Positions 13,209-27,800 of a stretch of DNA of 64,000 bases are shown here, piece after piece. The notes under the pieces were generated by a model, which was not told where the DNA came from, searched no databases, and saw nothing but the letters and a program-made list of their open reading frames with translations. The DNA comes from Trichinella spiralis (Eukaryota): assembly GCF_000181795.1 (NCBI RefSeq), contig NW_003526943.1:5387806-5451805 (forward strand), given 5' to 3'. The position numbers and the translations under genes were made by a program. How positions within the stretch are numbered: position 1 is the first letter of the stretch; each line of letters starts with the position of its first letter.

Positions 13209-13370
13209 CTGGATAGTCATTGCAAGTGGACGTTGTCGAAGAATAAACAATTGACCTGCATATATTCTTGCCGCACCAAGCTCACCAGCGTGGTCGACGC
13301 GTATAATTCGGTCGAGCAGACGTTGACGATTTGTTTCTGTGCAAAATCCCCTTACAATTTTTATCCACAT
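13209..13370 (-). CDS. clk-1: COQ7/CLK-1 demethoxyubiquinone hydroxylase, first coding exon only
   Basis: MWIKIVRGFCTETNRQRLLDRIIRVDHAGELGAARIYAGQLFIL contains the COQ7 signature RVDHAGExGAxRIYAGQ. Ends at donor CAG|GTATGG. Confidence 0.88.
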
Positions 13371-13575
13371 CTGTTGAAACAATAAACAACAATAATTAAA
13401 CGCAAATATGAGAAAAAATATTTCAGAAATTTTTCAACGGATAATAAAAACCAAGCGAACAAAACTCGAAATGAGTCCAAATAAATAAATAATTGGCAAT
13501 TTGTTTTTGACGCGTTGTATTATTTATTTTGCCGTAGTGAGAGTCAAAAAAAGTGTTTAATTGTCAGTTGTAAAA

Positions 13576-16500
13576 TTAAAATGGACTATTCATGCCCAAT
13601 TTGGTGTCGAAAGAGAGACGTCGACGACGTTGACGACGTTGGTGTTGCGAAGCTTCGAGTCGCTTCATCGCTTCGTTTATGCACAACACTGGTATTGTCC
13701 AGAAAAAAGCAAAAACGCTGACAAACCAAGGCACATCTCCGTATCGGAATTTCCACCTTCCTGGCCAGAGAGGCGGTGAGCAGTAGAAACTCTGGACAAG
13801 CTGCAAAGCCAAACAGGCAAAAAGCCAATTTCGATTTCTGGTCGGCGGTTTGTTCATCATCAGCTCATAGCAGTGGACATGACTGGCGCTGACTCCGATC
13901 ATGTAGAGCAGAAAGAACCAGGCGCAGTAGTTTTGCGCCAGAAGCAACTGCGGTGGAGGAAGTCGGACATGGCCGTCTGAAGACGCCTGCGGCCAGTGGT
14001 CATTGGTGTTGGCAGTGGGTGTGGACTGCAAGAACCGCGTCGTCAGCACAAACAAAAGCAGCACCCCGAAACCGCTGGGAAGGAATTTCACGCTGAACTG
14101 GGTGAAAAAGGTGACAATTTCTTTGCGATTCGACCGACGTTTGTGAACCAGCGGTGAGTCGGATCCGGCGGCAGCGGTCCGTTCCGGCGTCGGCATGGCC
14201 AGTGAAGCGCTCAGCACCGGCAGAGCTAGGCAGAGCAACCAGAGCAGCATGTCCGGCGCGAACGGGGTCCACTGGACCGCAGCCAACGAGGCCAGTTGAA
14301 CAAAGCTCAGCAACAGCGAACAGGAGAGCAGAAAGTAGAAGGCGACTCGAAAACGTCGAAGCATCGGCATGGACGTCGCGAACGCGCTGGTCAAGAATCC
14401 CTTGTCCAACGAGTGGACACTGAAAGCACAGGGCAACGAGTTGATCCGGTGCGCAAGCTGGACGCAGCTGTAACACGTCGCTGACTGGTGTCGAGTTTTC
14501 AACGAAGCCAGACCCGAAGTGGAACCGGAAACAGAACCAGAACTCAAACCCGAAGTCTGCTCTTGGTCTGCACAACATCCAACCGGGAGGTCCGGTTCCA
14601 CGCTGACTGCCACGTCGGCGGTACAAAACAGTTCAGCATTGTCGACGTTCAACGAACTGCCGACCACGCAAACGCACTCGTCGTTCTCTTGCATGATGCG
14701 AAGCATTTCATTGGTGGCCGCCTCAACGCAGTCGGTGAACAACGGAACCAGCAGTGGCACGTTGTCCACACTGCTCAAATGCGGACGAATATTATCTATC
14801 CCCTTCGGCAACTGGGCCTGGTTGCTGATCAAAAAATCCGAACTGTCCCCGTACATGCCACTGGGGTCCGTCTCCATACAACAACTGGTCAAACTGTCCA
14901 CCGACACACTTCTCGAAAGCGTCGAACAACTTTTCTATTTTGAAACAAACAAATACGTACAAACCTCACAGAGGGATCAGTTGAATTTACAATTTTAAAT
15001 TCTTTCGACGACAAATTTGAATTCGAATCCAACAACGGTGTCTGTTCCGTTTCGTCTGCAAACGGCGCACGGTCAACGTGCAAATCTGCATCAGCTAAAG
15101 ACACTTTACAACTGAAATTCAGAACATCCGCCTCCAACCTGAGCTTGGAAACATCCGGCTCTGAGGTGAAAATTAGACTTTGTGCAGTGGTGGAAAATTC
15201 ACAACATTTCCTTTTCACGACTAAAAATGATCGCAAAGAGCAACTGATTATTATATTCTTTTTTTTCTCACATTTCACAACTATTTGAAAACGGATGTAC
15301 AATTTACCGTTGCCAATTCGACGTTGCTGGGTACTTAATGCCCCGTTTTCACTATTCTCCAGTGAAATGTGACAATTCCAACCTGTCTCGAGACCCATCT
15401 TTTCAGCAAAAACACGACTTCGAAATCTAAATTCAACCAAAAAGTAATTAAAGTATTCGTTTGAAAAAATAACATGTATATATACTCATTTTCTTTAGAA
15501 AAATGAATAAATCGTATGCACATTTTGTCCAAACGTTCGATAAGTCGAACAACATCCGGTTTAGCTTGGTATTGGAAAGCGACCATTCCGAGGAAGACGT
15601 GATCTTTGAAAAAGACATCCTTGCTCTGGGGCGATGAGACCAGAGCACTTTGCAACAATGTATCCAAGCTGCAAGTGGAAGTGGCTGCATCGCTGCATTT
15701 CGAACAGTAAGATTCCATCGTTTTCAATTCTACTGCATTGAACAATGAATTAGTAAGATCGTAATAGCAACTGTCGCACGGATAGTTGATCGCCCACCGA
15801 GGCAACGGACGATAAGTCAACGCCAAACAATAAGCGGTCAAATTGTAACGAGTAGCAAAATCCCTGGAACAAACCAAAAATACAAAATAATTATAAATTT
15901 TTAATATTTCAACAATAATAAAAAAATCGTGGCTAACTTAATTTTCCGTTGATGCCATTTGTCCAATTGGCGCACTCGTCGACCATCCCAATAATAACTG
16001 CACATCGGCATCAGCATATCCGCACTACCTTGGCACATCATCTGCGAGTAGGTGTTGCTGTGGTCTTGCAAGACGGTCGCGAACGCGTTGCCAACGGGAG
16101 TTTTCTCGGATTTTCCGTTGTTCAACTGAGGGGCCATGCGGTACGCAGCCAAAATTCGCTTGATGTCGAAATTGCTACACGCATTATCCGGGTCAAAATG
16201 CATCGCTTTCGCCAACGTGCACAGACAACGTCTAATATTGACAGCCATCTGTCCACCGCCGGCAATGTGTGAGACAGCTTCCAAATGGTCCAAGAATTTC
16301 GTCCACTCTCCCCGTAGACCACATCCATTGAGCAAAGCGTTCAAACCAATCGGCTTCAAGTGGCTGACAAATGAATTCCAATTTGGATCGTCAAATTGCA
16401 ACTGGGACCCATTTACGGACAAATCCAACACATGGGCGCGTCTAGTGGAACTCTGACTGGCGCCCGGTGTCCCCTCACCGTCGTTGGAAAAGAAGAACAC

Positions 16501-17655
16501 CTTCTCGGCAGACGGATCCGCCAGTGACAAAATGCCCTTCTTGTCGACCACGCCCACTGAAGTGACCGAGCCCAGCGTTGGGTATGGTCCGGTCGTGTAT
16601 GGCAAATGTTCCGGCTGCCCGAGGTAAAGGTGAATCGCCAAGTCCAACATCCTTCCGAAGCCGGACCATCCGTATTGTAAGCTGGCGATCAATCTGGCGT
16701 TGTTCAAACAGTGAAAACCGATCATGAACGCTGATACGGCTGGCATCAGCAGCGGCAGCACGACCAAAGCCAGTCGTGCTAGAAAAGCCACAATCCAACC
16801 GTCCTCCAAATTCTCCATCAAGCAATATTGAACGACGGCTGTGCAAACCCCCAACCCAACGACCACTGGTAACAAGATCCGTTCCATATAGCGGTGCAAA
16901 ATTCGATTTGTCTCTTCAATCAACGGTGGTCGACGCTCACACTTGCTGGCACAGCAACGGCGAAACACGCTGACCGCAGGCGATTCGAGAATTTCCACTG
17001 CAAGACATGCACAAGGTTCAACACAGCCTTGCTTGTCCGGCTCGTTGATCTCTTCGTGACGGTCACCCCGTTGGAACATACGCCGACATCCCTGTTTCGA
17101 CGGAAACAGTTCCCGACAACGACACGGAGCTGGTCTGCCAGGGCGCAACAACGCGATATCTCCATCTACTAATAAAACAACTGGCAAGCTGACCAACCTG
17201 TCGTCACGGTATACCCAACAAAGCTCTACCGAATCCGACAACGGAATGTAAATATCTGTCAAATAAAACGTTGTCGGACAGTTGGCGCAAAGTCGTTCAA
17301 TTTCTTGAACTATCAAAGCCCCTTTGCGGAACAACTCCGTCCTACGCATGTAGAATGCGTAGCTGGCAAGATGCAAATTTCCAACTGTAATCATGCACAG
17401 CAAAAGGCTGGCTGTCACAGCGGCGTGATCACGACCAACAGCGTCGATCAGAATCAACACCGAAACGAGAAAACTCAAACAAGCATAAACCCAACAAAAC
17501 GGAAACAGGCCTGTCGTTGTGTGGCTAAGCATGTGCATATATTTCCATGGTCGCATTTGATAAAGATGTTCATATTCAGATAATGCTGTTTGAAGGGAAG
17601 ATGCTAAACGCCTCAAAGCTTCGGGAGTACGTAGACCAGGTAATGCATTCGCCAT
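13576..17655 (-). CDS. TMEM94: TMEM94 (KIAA0195), P-type-ATPase-like multipass membrane protein; about 5 exons
   Basis: Motifs SRVFAEKMGLETGWNCHISL, AQLPKGIDNIRPHLSSVDNVPLLVPLFTD, VDKKGILS and C-terminal RLSFDTKLGMNSPF. Introns at about 15864-15937 and 15427-15485 are phase-compatible. Confidence 0.92.
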
Positions 17656-19241
17656 ATCTGCACCATTATAAGCAAAAGGTGAACTTCAAATGGATCAATA
17701 ATAATTATCATTATAATTTCCTCGCTTCATCTGTCAAATGAAAGCGATGAGGTTTTGTATAAAATGTATCTATTCTTTTTATTAAACAAATACACAATAA
17801 CATAATAAATTGACATTTATTAATAAATTACTTTTAATTTGTTCATTTGAAAAGTATAAACTTTTTGAAAATTTTTTCGCTTGTAAAAGTCAAAACACCT
17901 TCAGTTCAAAGAATTAAAAAATACATAAAATCATTAATTTTTCATATTGCTAAGAAATTTGGAGAAGTAATAAACTTGATCGTCATTCGATTACTGTATC
18001 ATGTGAATAATAAAATGAAATTTTAAAAACGTTGATAAAACAAATATATAATGAAATTGAAAGTAATCCACCGTTTACTGTATAAATAATACTTAGTAAC
18101 CTTGAAATTTATAAAAAAATATAATAAAATGATTATGCATTATGAAATGCACATTTTACGTATACTTATCAATTAATTGTTTTCGTGAAAGATTTCCAAC
18201 TTTTAAATCTGATATCTTTTAGATCTTTTAAATGTTTATCAAACATACATGAAAACAATCGCAATTGTGTTCATTACTGAATAAATTAACACGACCGTTT
18301 GAAAGTATTTTAGCAACAGCCTAAAAGGCCATCGATAATGTTGAATTAAATAATAAAATGTAAAAGCATTTTTTGCAGAGTATCTCTTGACAGCCAATTT
18401 TTTCATAATTTCTTTAATAAAACGGACTAGGGTAATTTGAATTTATTTACGCAAAAAATGCAATAAAAAGCACCATATTCTTATGCCAAAATAAAATATG
18501 AATTCACTGGCTTAAGATGTTATTTCATTCAAGACAAATACACAAATCGTATCGATTCAAATTAAAACTTACCATCGTCTATTTACAACGCGAAAATTGA
18601 GCAAAAGCTTTTATGAGATAACATGATACAGACGAATTACACGAGACCATTCAAATTCTTTTAATGTATAATAAACATGCTAAATCATAACGTGTAATAA
18701 ACAACCTGAATCAAAAACGCAATTTAACTTACTGTGCGATTGAACCTGAAAATCTGAGTTCTAAACTTGCCTACTATGTGCTATTTTGACAAATACGTGA
18801 AGAAATTGCAGCTGAAATATATGAATCAATAAATTTATTACAGTGTTAAACTTTTAACTAAAATATTGTTTAAAATGAAATCAATTAAGAATTTGCATTC
18901 AGTTTTTATTCTGTTGCTTAACAAATTTTAAGTTTTACACAACAGACTGTAACTTTTCATATGAATTTAGACAAACAATTTGTTCCAATGTCGCTTAAAA
19001 TATCAAAGAAAAGGAAAGCAAGTTTTATCAAGGCTCATTATCTCATAATGAAAATTTTAAAATAAACGGACTGACAATATTTCATTCTATAGTAAGAAAC
19101 TACATTTTATTTTGAATAGATAACGTATACGCAAACAGGCAATAAAATAGAGAATTTGAAATACTTAGGCATTTACAATAGTTTACTCAGAATAATATGA
19201 AAAGCAAAAAAAACATTAATAATAAAACATGTATATGCAGT

Positions 19242-22200
19242 TTAATCTCTTTTTAAATAAATTTGCCAGCAATCATAAGCATCAGAAGCTGCCCGCCGAA
19301 CCAAACGCTTGTGATGGTCCAAAAGCTCTAATAGATGATCCAATATTACTTCTTTAGTAGATGTGTTACATTCAGCGCAAAATAGTTTTCCCAGTAATTT
19401 CATACATTCCAAAGCTTTTACACTAATAATCTACAAATCAATTAAAACACAAAAAATTATGCAATATTTTCCTTTTTCATTAAGTTCAATTATCCATACC
19501 ACACTGTTACTTTTAGAAATAACGGCAAAAAGTTCTTTACTAATAATCAATAAATCGTCAACTGTAATTGGACAGTTACATTTACTTTCTAACATAGAGC
19601 AAATGGTATTCAAGCTGATTTCTACTGTCGCTGAAGACCGACTTTGCAACGATGAAATCAATATTTGAAACAGCTAAAATATATTTAATTTTATGAAAAA
19701 TAAAAACAGAAGCATCGTCACATTTTCACTAAAACTAACATCAAAATAAATGTATATTTGAATTTACTTTAAATGAAAGATAACAAAAAACATACTTTTT
19801 TAAAATAATCATCATCATCGGAACACGAATTGGAATGAAGTTGAATCATGGACACTGCTTGAATAAAATCATCCACAACATCTAAAGAAAAGTAATTAAA
19901 ATTTAAAGTAGTCATAAAATAATCACAAACAGTTGGAAATGTCCAAATTTCCAAAAAGTTTCTTAAAAATGCAAGAAGCCTCATGATAAATCCATCTCTT
20001 GGAATCTGGATCAATTCGTTGCATGCGAAACAATTCATCTGCGCTTTCTTGATCCGGAAATAAAATTTTCATAGCTTCGATAGCTTGACCACTAGTCTGC
20101 TCATGGCAAAGCATGCTGAATATCTTGAAACAAATCAATTCTAATGGAAAAAATTGAAAAACACAAATTTTATTACAAATTCTATTAGAGGAAGTCCAGT
20201 TGAGTTCTTTTTAACCAGGTAGGAATTGGCCAAATAAGCATACGGAATCAATAATTCGGGAAACTTTTCGCTATAATTTGCACAATGAAAAGTATATTGG
20301 TCGAGGATTTCTTTGTAAATAGTGTTTTCAACTAAAATTAAATAAAGCATTCTATAAATAAATAAACAAATTCAATTTCAATAGTAATCGTTGCTTTAAA
20401 ATTCGAGAAATATTTCAATGCTGCAAAAATCTCAAATAGCTTACCAGATTCCAATGAATTGAAAATGCATGAAAATAATTTGTAACATGCGCAATGACGC
20501 TTCACTTTCATCGGATCATGCAAACAACATCTCACATCCCAAATTTCTTTGAACAGTTCTTCAAATGACATGATGTCCTAAGTGAATTTGAAGTTATATA
20601 CATATATTAAAATTTCACGAAGATATTCCATTAGTTTTAAAATTACATAAATGACACAGAAAATTTACTGTAGAATTGAATGAAGCAAAAACTGGAGCAA
20701 TTATATTTCGACTTGAAAATTTCATAAAAAAGGAACCAATTCCATTTTTTCTCACGTAATCAGCCAATTTATTAGCTAACTGATTTGACAACCTGAAAAT
20801 ATGTTTACCATAAAAACAAATCCATTTCAAATTTGCATGCATTGTACTGTACTGTTTTGGAAAAGAGTGATAGAACGTTCGAATAAGTTTGGCAATCGAA
20901 TTTCCAACTTCTACATTCACATCTGACAAATCGCCGGCTGAATTCCAACCAATCAAATCGCCAATTATGCTGCTTTGCAAAATCGCTTCACAAAGCTGTT
21001 CATTAATTTCAGGTTGGTGAACTGCATCGTGCATCGATTGAACAGTCAATTTTATTTCTTCCATTTGTGCTGATTTCTCTGATGAATGCTTGAAACTGTT
21101 CTCGACTAATTCAAGAAATGGCTTTATTGCCACATTATGTGAAGTAAAAAGTGGAAACAAGCTCAACGCCATCGTGTTCGACTCCCTCAGCATTTTCGGG
21201 AGAAGAATCTTTTTAACATATTCCCAATGATTTGTGGGCAAACATCGAAACCACTGTTCCCATGCATCCCTTGTTGCAGTGGAAGTAATAATGTTAAACA
21301 TGAAATATTGTGGCAGATTTTCAAATTTTTGAACTTACTTTTCAAATTTGGGATTTGTTTTGATGAGCTGAATAACGTCGGCAGTGATCAATTCCACATC
21401 AGAGTTGGTCACCATGTGAGGACAGCTTTCCAGAAGATATGATAAAATATTAATCGCGCTGCCTTTGAATTCATCTTGTTCAGAATGAAACCATCTCATT
21501 GCAAGCTTTTTAATGCTTTCCATAGTTGACTCATAAGAAATATTTTCTAAGTAAAGAAAATTGAACGTATCATTCAAAAGTGCAGTCTTTTAACACACTG
21601 AAATCAGAAACATTTTTTTAAAATATTTACTTGAATGTTCACTTTTAATTTTGCACCACTGAGCCATAATTTTCGCATAATCTGCTGCATAAAAATCATG
21701 CGAAACGCATTTCGAAATGATCGTACAGCAAACCCATTCAAAAAAATAATCAAACATATCCGAAACTGCAGTCGACGCAACCCTCAGCATTTTCTCTGAT
21801 TTATGAAGTTGGTTTAATACAGGATTTCCAAAAAAAGCTTCTGCTTCTATTGAGAATAAGAAAAAATCTTTACAGTCTAAGAGAACTGTTTGCATCCACA
21901 AAAAAAGCTTACTGTTACAAATGCAATCAGCAAACGATATCTTCATCTGTTTGTCCGACTAAAAAATGAATAATTTTTAGATCAAAAAAAGGATTAAAAT
22001 AAAATGCTCACTTCAGTAAAAACAGTTTTCACCAAATCATGCAGTAATGTTAAGATTGATTCTTCGAGAACAGGCGGATACGTATAATAACACTTATTAA
22101 TCAATTTGAACACCTGTTCACGTGCGTCAACGATACAACAGGGCGTGAATCGTTTCAAAGCTGATCTCTGAAAATAACTGCTTAACATTTAAATTTAAAA

Positions 22201-23959
22201 ATTTACTTCGTTAAAATTAAAATGAAATCATTTTAATATCACAAATCACAAATTGTGACATATTCTATTTCCATCATTAAAAAAGCATATATAATTCCAT
22301 TTGTTTATCATTTGTTAAAGTTGAAAGTATTTTACTTGTAGAAAGGCAAATACATATATGTGATTTTTAAAATATTTGTTGCTACAAACCAATAGTATGA
22401 AAATTTCGTCATTCTCCACTTCATCCAAACTGTTTTCAATACATCTGAAGCAGAGAACCGCAAACTGATCAGTGGCAGTCATACAATCAATCAGTGCATT
22501 CGACACATCTTCACGGGATACATCATTTTCATCATCAATCTGAAGTTTATCACTCACATTCAAATAATGCAATAAAACTTTCATTCAAATATTATTTTAA
22601 AAAGAAAATTATTCGCCTGTTCTTATAAGTTTTAAAAGTTCAAATAACTTCCAACAACTTTACAGCTCTATTAAAGCAAATACAATGAATACTGTCGGTG
22701 TAAAAATAGAAATTCAAAACTTTTAACACAACAGTATTCGTTTTCAAAGCTAAGCATTGAAATTTCCAAACATAAAAAGTACTTGCTTCGTAAAATTCGA
22801 CAGGAAAAAATGATTCAAAATACGAGAAATAATTTTCCAATAAAGGGGATTCTAAAATCATATAACATTTTTTGTGTAAAAATTAATATGTTAAAAAACA
22901 TCAACCTATATCAAATTTCTTCACAAAAACTGGGAAACTAGTAAAAATTTCCATCATACATTCAGGATCATGCTCTCCTTGAATAGCTAAATAATACTGT
23001 TCCAAGAATGATGAACAACCTGCACCTAAAATAGAATAATCGATTAAATAAAATTATGTTCAAAAACTTCTTCTCTAAGTTTTAAACAAATTAAGTAACA
23101 TAAATTAATATTCTCTTTCATAAAGCAAGAACTTAATACCATCTGCTTAATTTAATCAAAATAAATGAAATTATTAAATTTTTTAAATGTTACCTTTCAC
23201 TAAATCAAATTCCAAAAAATCTACACTTTAATTGATAATGTTAAATTAATCCTAATTTTTTTCAATTTCATCAAATTAGTTCAATTTTAGTTAAATAATA
23301 AAAACAATATTCAGTGTAATTTCGCTTTCATAGTATCTTCAGTTCAAACATGAAAATCTTCAACCATCAGATACCTTTATTGATAGAGCTTACATAAGTA
23401 TGAGCAATACGAAAAACGCTAAGACGCCCTTTCTGAACATAACTTTGAACATGCCGAAGTGAAAAAACTGTTGTAATAACACGTTCAGCATCATCAGACA
23501 TTCTCAAACATAACTATAAAACAATATTGCAATTCATTGAAATCAACAAAATAAATAAATAAATAAATACCAAACTATCCAAAATGCTCAGAATGGTTTC
23601 AGCAAGATGATGATCTTCTTTCAATACTTCAATGAGGTATGTTATCAATTTAGATGCTAAACTAGTAAAAAATTATTTGAAATAAACCACGTTTTCTTAA
23701 TACCTTCAGCTTCAAAAATAAAGTCAGGTGATAACTTTTCGACAATTTCAGCAAGCATTTTAAATGACGACAAACGGCAAGATAAACTCGAGCTATTGAA
23801 AGAATCTCTAAACAGCAAAAATAACCCGAAATTATTGAAGTTATTTGTAAACAATATGTACTGAAATGTCGAAAAAAAATCCGAAATATGCTGCTTTCCA
23901 TCTTTTATAGAAGAAATCCATTTCGCAACTTCAACTTCATCACTTTGCAGCTCATCCAT
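19242..23959 (-). CDS. MMS19: MMS19 cytosolic Fe-S assembly targeting factor (HEAT-repeat), multi-exon
   Basis: N-terminal VFSLRHVQSYVQKGRLSVFRI and AIQGEHDPECMMEIF (cf. HVQSL and GEKDPRNL). C-terminal ELLDHHKRLVRRAASDAYDCWQI (cf. LDDKKRLVRKEAV...W). Many short exons in between. Confidence 0.8.
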
Positions 23960-24875
23960 GTGAAATTCTAAATATTTTATTTGCGTTATAAAAAAAAATA
24001 AAAATATTGTTATATTGCATAAAATTACAGCAAATTTAAAAAGATTTCACAAAACTAAGTACGCTGTGGAAGTAAAAAATATTTGAAAAAATATATTCAT
24101 CATAATTCTTATTCACAATTAAAAATTCATATGTGTATTTCAAATATATATGTATAAAACAAAATTATCAAAAATTTTCATATGTATAAAATGAATAAAA
24201 CATTTTATCAAAATTTACAGTTTACAAAACAGCAAACTACTGTACCTAAACTTGAAAATTTTTCTAATTACTGTATGAGTTATACAACATGCAAATACAT
24301 TTATAAAGTTTTTTTATTTAAAAGATTGGTTTTTTCAAAAATAGCGTTTTTTGTTAATATTTTTTATTTCGGGAAAGTTTTAAGTCTACTACTTAAAACT
24401 ACTTATTTTGAATTGAAAATTATGCATTTTTTAAATGTTTTGTTTTTCTACATAAAGGTTTAGCTTACTGTGTATTTTTTTCATTGTTTCAAATGTTTGT
24501 ACATGCGGTTGAACAAGACTTTTGTTTTATATGTGAATGATAAATGAATATCTTTTACAAATATTTTGCAAAATCTCTCTTTATCTTATTAAGCTGATTA
24601 TTACTTCAAGTCATTTTAAATTGATTCAGTATGAGTATCATAGTATTAATTATATTATTATATGTGGTGAGTTAGCGTTAATATAACTCATAGGTTGGTT
24701 AACAACTTTCATGTATGTTGATGAGCTAATACTTATTGCTGAGCAGGTTATGAAGACTGATTCACAGAGAGTATTGTATTTATAGTTTTAAAATGCTGTA
24801 GAACAGTAAATGAATAGGTATAATTATAAATTTTTTAATCTTATTTTTTTAAGTTGTGTTGCCTTGGTATGAAGT

Positions 24876-27800
24876 ATGGCTGCCATTTCAGTCAATGATA
24901 TTAAAGAAAAAATTCTTACAAATCCATTAAATGTTGAAGCTTGGTCGGATTTCTTGGAATCAGTCGAAGTAAGAGTGTTTTTTCAAATGTTTCTTAAAAT
25001 CTAATTTCAATGTTTTTAAAGGAAATTCCCATAGAGGAAGCGCGACTTATGTACAATAAACTAATTGAGACATTTCCTTCTAGTCCTCAGTATTGGACAT
25101 CATTTATTCGATTTGAGGTTTGTTATATCTACATGCATATTTAAAGTAAAGAATAAACTTATTCTCAGTATTTCATGAAATTAATTTTCTCATATTGCTG
25201 TATTGAAATATTTTTGTATTTTCATAAGAAAAGCAATGGTTTCTTGCATCAGTGTTATTATTCTGTTATGTAATTAAATCAGACTGATGTACTTGTTTTC
25301 AGTTAAGCAATTCGGCATTCGTTCAAGTAGAAGCGGTGAGCATCATCTTTGTTTTATAACAAAATTTATTTATGTTTATTAAACCGTAGTTGAAATTTTA
25401 GTTGTTTCGTCGTTGCTTGCTCAAAGTGCTGCACATCGATGTTTGGAAAATTTACCTTGCTTATGTTCGTGATACAAAATCATGTGTCACTGGATTCAAG
25501 TATTAAATTATTTTAATACCAACTTTACTTTAAAAGAAGTTGCATCTTGAATAAATTTTAAATGAAATCAAACATAATTCAAATGCATTTTTTAATTTTC
25601 AAATTATTTAGTGTTATATTTTATTTACTTATTATTCAAGATTTTAAATTAAACCAGCTTTTATCTAGGAAGTCTATAAAAGAAGCATATGAATTTGCAC
25701 TTGACAAAATTGGTTTAGATTTTTATTCATATTCAGTGTATGATGAATTTATAAAGTGGCTTTTACAAATGTAAGTATTTTTTTCATTTTTGTATGCATG
25801 CAATAAATTTAAATGTTTGTTATTTATTTCATGAAATTTAGGTTACCTGAATCTGAAAGCGGTGCAAGGAAGGAATCTGAAGGAGCAGATACTAATGTAG
25901 ATGAAATAAGGCGAGTGTTTTTAAGAGGTATTAGTTGTCCGATTGAAAACATTGCTGCTCTTTGGAATGATTACGAACAGTTTGAAAAAGTGAATGTGAT
26001 TTTATTGAAAGAAAATATTTTAATTGGTTTTTACTCTCATTGAAGAAATATGGTGGTTTGACTGCTCAGAACCGTATAGATACTGCCAGAAAGGTATATT
26101 TGAAAACTAGTGAGGTTGCAAAATGTTTGGAAAAACTGCTTGTGGGAATAAATACGAAACGTATTTCTGTACCTCTTCAAAATACAGTCTCTGAAAGGAA
26201 TCAGTTATCCCGTTGGTATGCTTACATTGATTATGAAAAATCGAATCCTTTAGCAACGCAATGCTTTGACTTACTAGTAAGAAGAGGTAGATTTTTTCTT
26301 TGTTTGTTTTTTAATTTTTATGTATTTTTGTTTTTATTTTATGTTTTTAGTAATTTACGCTTATGAACAGGTGTTAATGTGCTTCAGCGATTGTCTTGCG
26401 CTTTGGTGCGATCTCATTTCCTTTATGGAACAGTCAATTGAAACGGCCAACAGTCGCAATGTACGATTTTTTAAATTTAATTTTCAACTTTATATTTTAT
26501 TACTGTAAACTTATTTGATTTTTTTTGAATTAAAAGAAATTAATAATTAATTTTCAAGTTGATTCTTCATTTATTCATATTCTCTTGAATAATATGGGAT
26601 ATCGATGTAAGTAGAATTATGAAAATATTAAAATGTAAGAAAACAGTACCAGATTCTAAATTGTATGATTATTTGCTTGTAAATAATATTATTTAAATGC
26701 TTTTTTTTATTAAGGAAGTTGATTTGTCGGAAAAGTTGAGCGAAGAAGTTTCAAGAACCTTTGAACGTGCTATGGATGCTGGAATGAAAGATGAATATTT
26801 GATTTATTTTGTTTATAGTCAATTTTTAGAAAATCAAAAGCGTTACTCAGAAGTGAAAGAGGTTTTACAAAGTTTTATTCAAATTCCAAATGTTGATCCG
26901 ACTTTAGTAAGTTTTCGACATCTATTAGGATTGACAATATTTATTTTTTTCAATTATGCACGTAGTTTAATTGTGATCTGTTGTAATAATAATTTTGAGA
27001 GCATTTTGAATATATAAAAAATAATATCTATTATTGAAAACATTTTTTGAAAATTTATTTTGAAATTGTTTAATGACAACCGAGGATTTATTTTAAGGCT
27101 TACATTCACTTGATGCAGTTTGCTAATAGAACTGGCAGTTTGGCTTCGGCTAGAACAATTTTCAAATCGGCGAGAGAAGACGAAAGGACCAAATGTGAAA
27201 TGTACATTGCCGCTGCTGAGATGGAATACCGTTGGAAAAAAGTGTGCAATTGAAATATTAATAAATATTGATATTGAAAATATCTATTTGTTTTGCAATT
27301 ATTCAGGATCCGACAATCTCTGTTCGAATATATGAATTGGGATTGAAAAGATACAAGAACGATTCAAAGTTTGCATGTTCATATTTGAAATTTGTGATGG
27401 GTTTGAACGGTGAACAATTATTTGAAAATTTTATTTTTATTTTTATTTGAATATTTGCTGTTATTTCAGAAGATTCCAATACGCGTGTTTTGTTCGAACG
27501 AATTCTGTCTTCTGGAATGCTTAATGAACAAAGTGCAGTGTAATTTTAAATTTTTTCCTCGATGATTTAAGAAAATATAATGAATTTAATTCAAATAAAA
27601 TAAACTTTTCCCTGATATTAAAAAAAAATCCCCTGATCGTGTGTGAAAATTGTTTCAGAGAAGTGTGGAATTTGTATGTCGAATTTGAAAGTCTTGTTGG
27701 AGATTTGGCAACAATTACAAAGGTAAATCAACGTCGGCAGCATGCATTGACAAAACGTTTTCAAGAAAATCCCACAGCAATGCTGGTGGATCGTTATAAA

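Noticed and set aside
13515..17741. Many overlapping antisense or alternative-frame ORFs over TMEM94
   Set aside because: Expected shadow ORFs of long GC-rich coding exons; no recognisable motifs.
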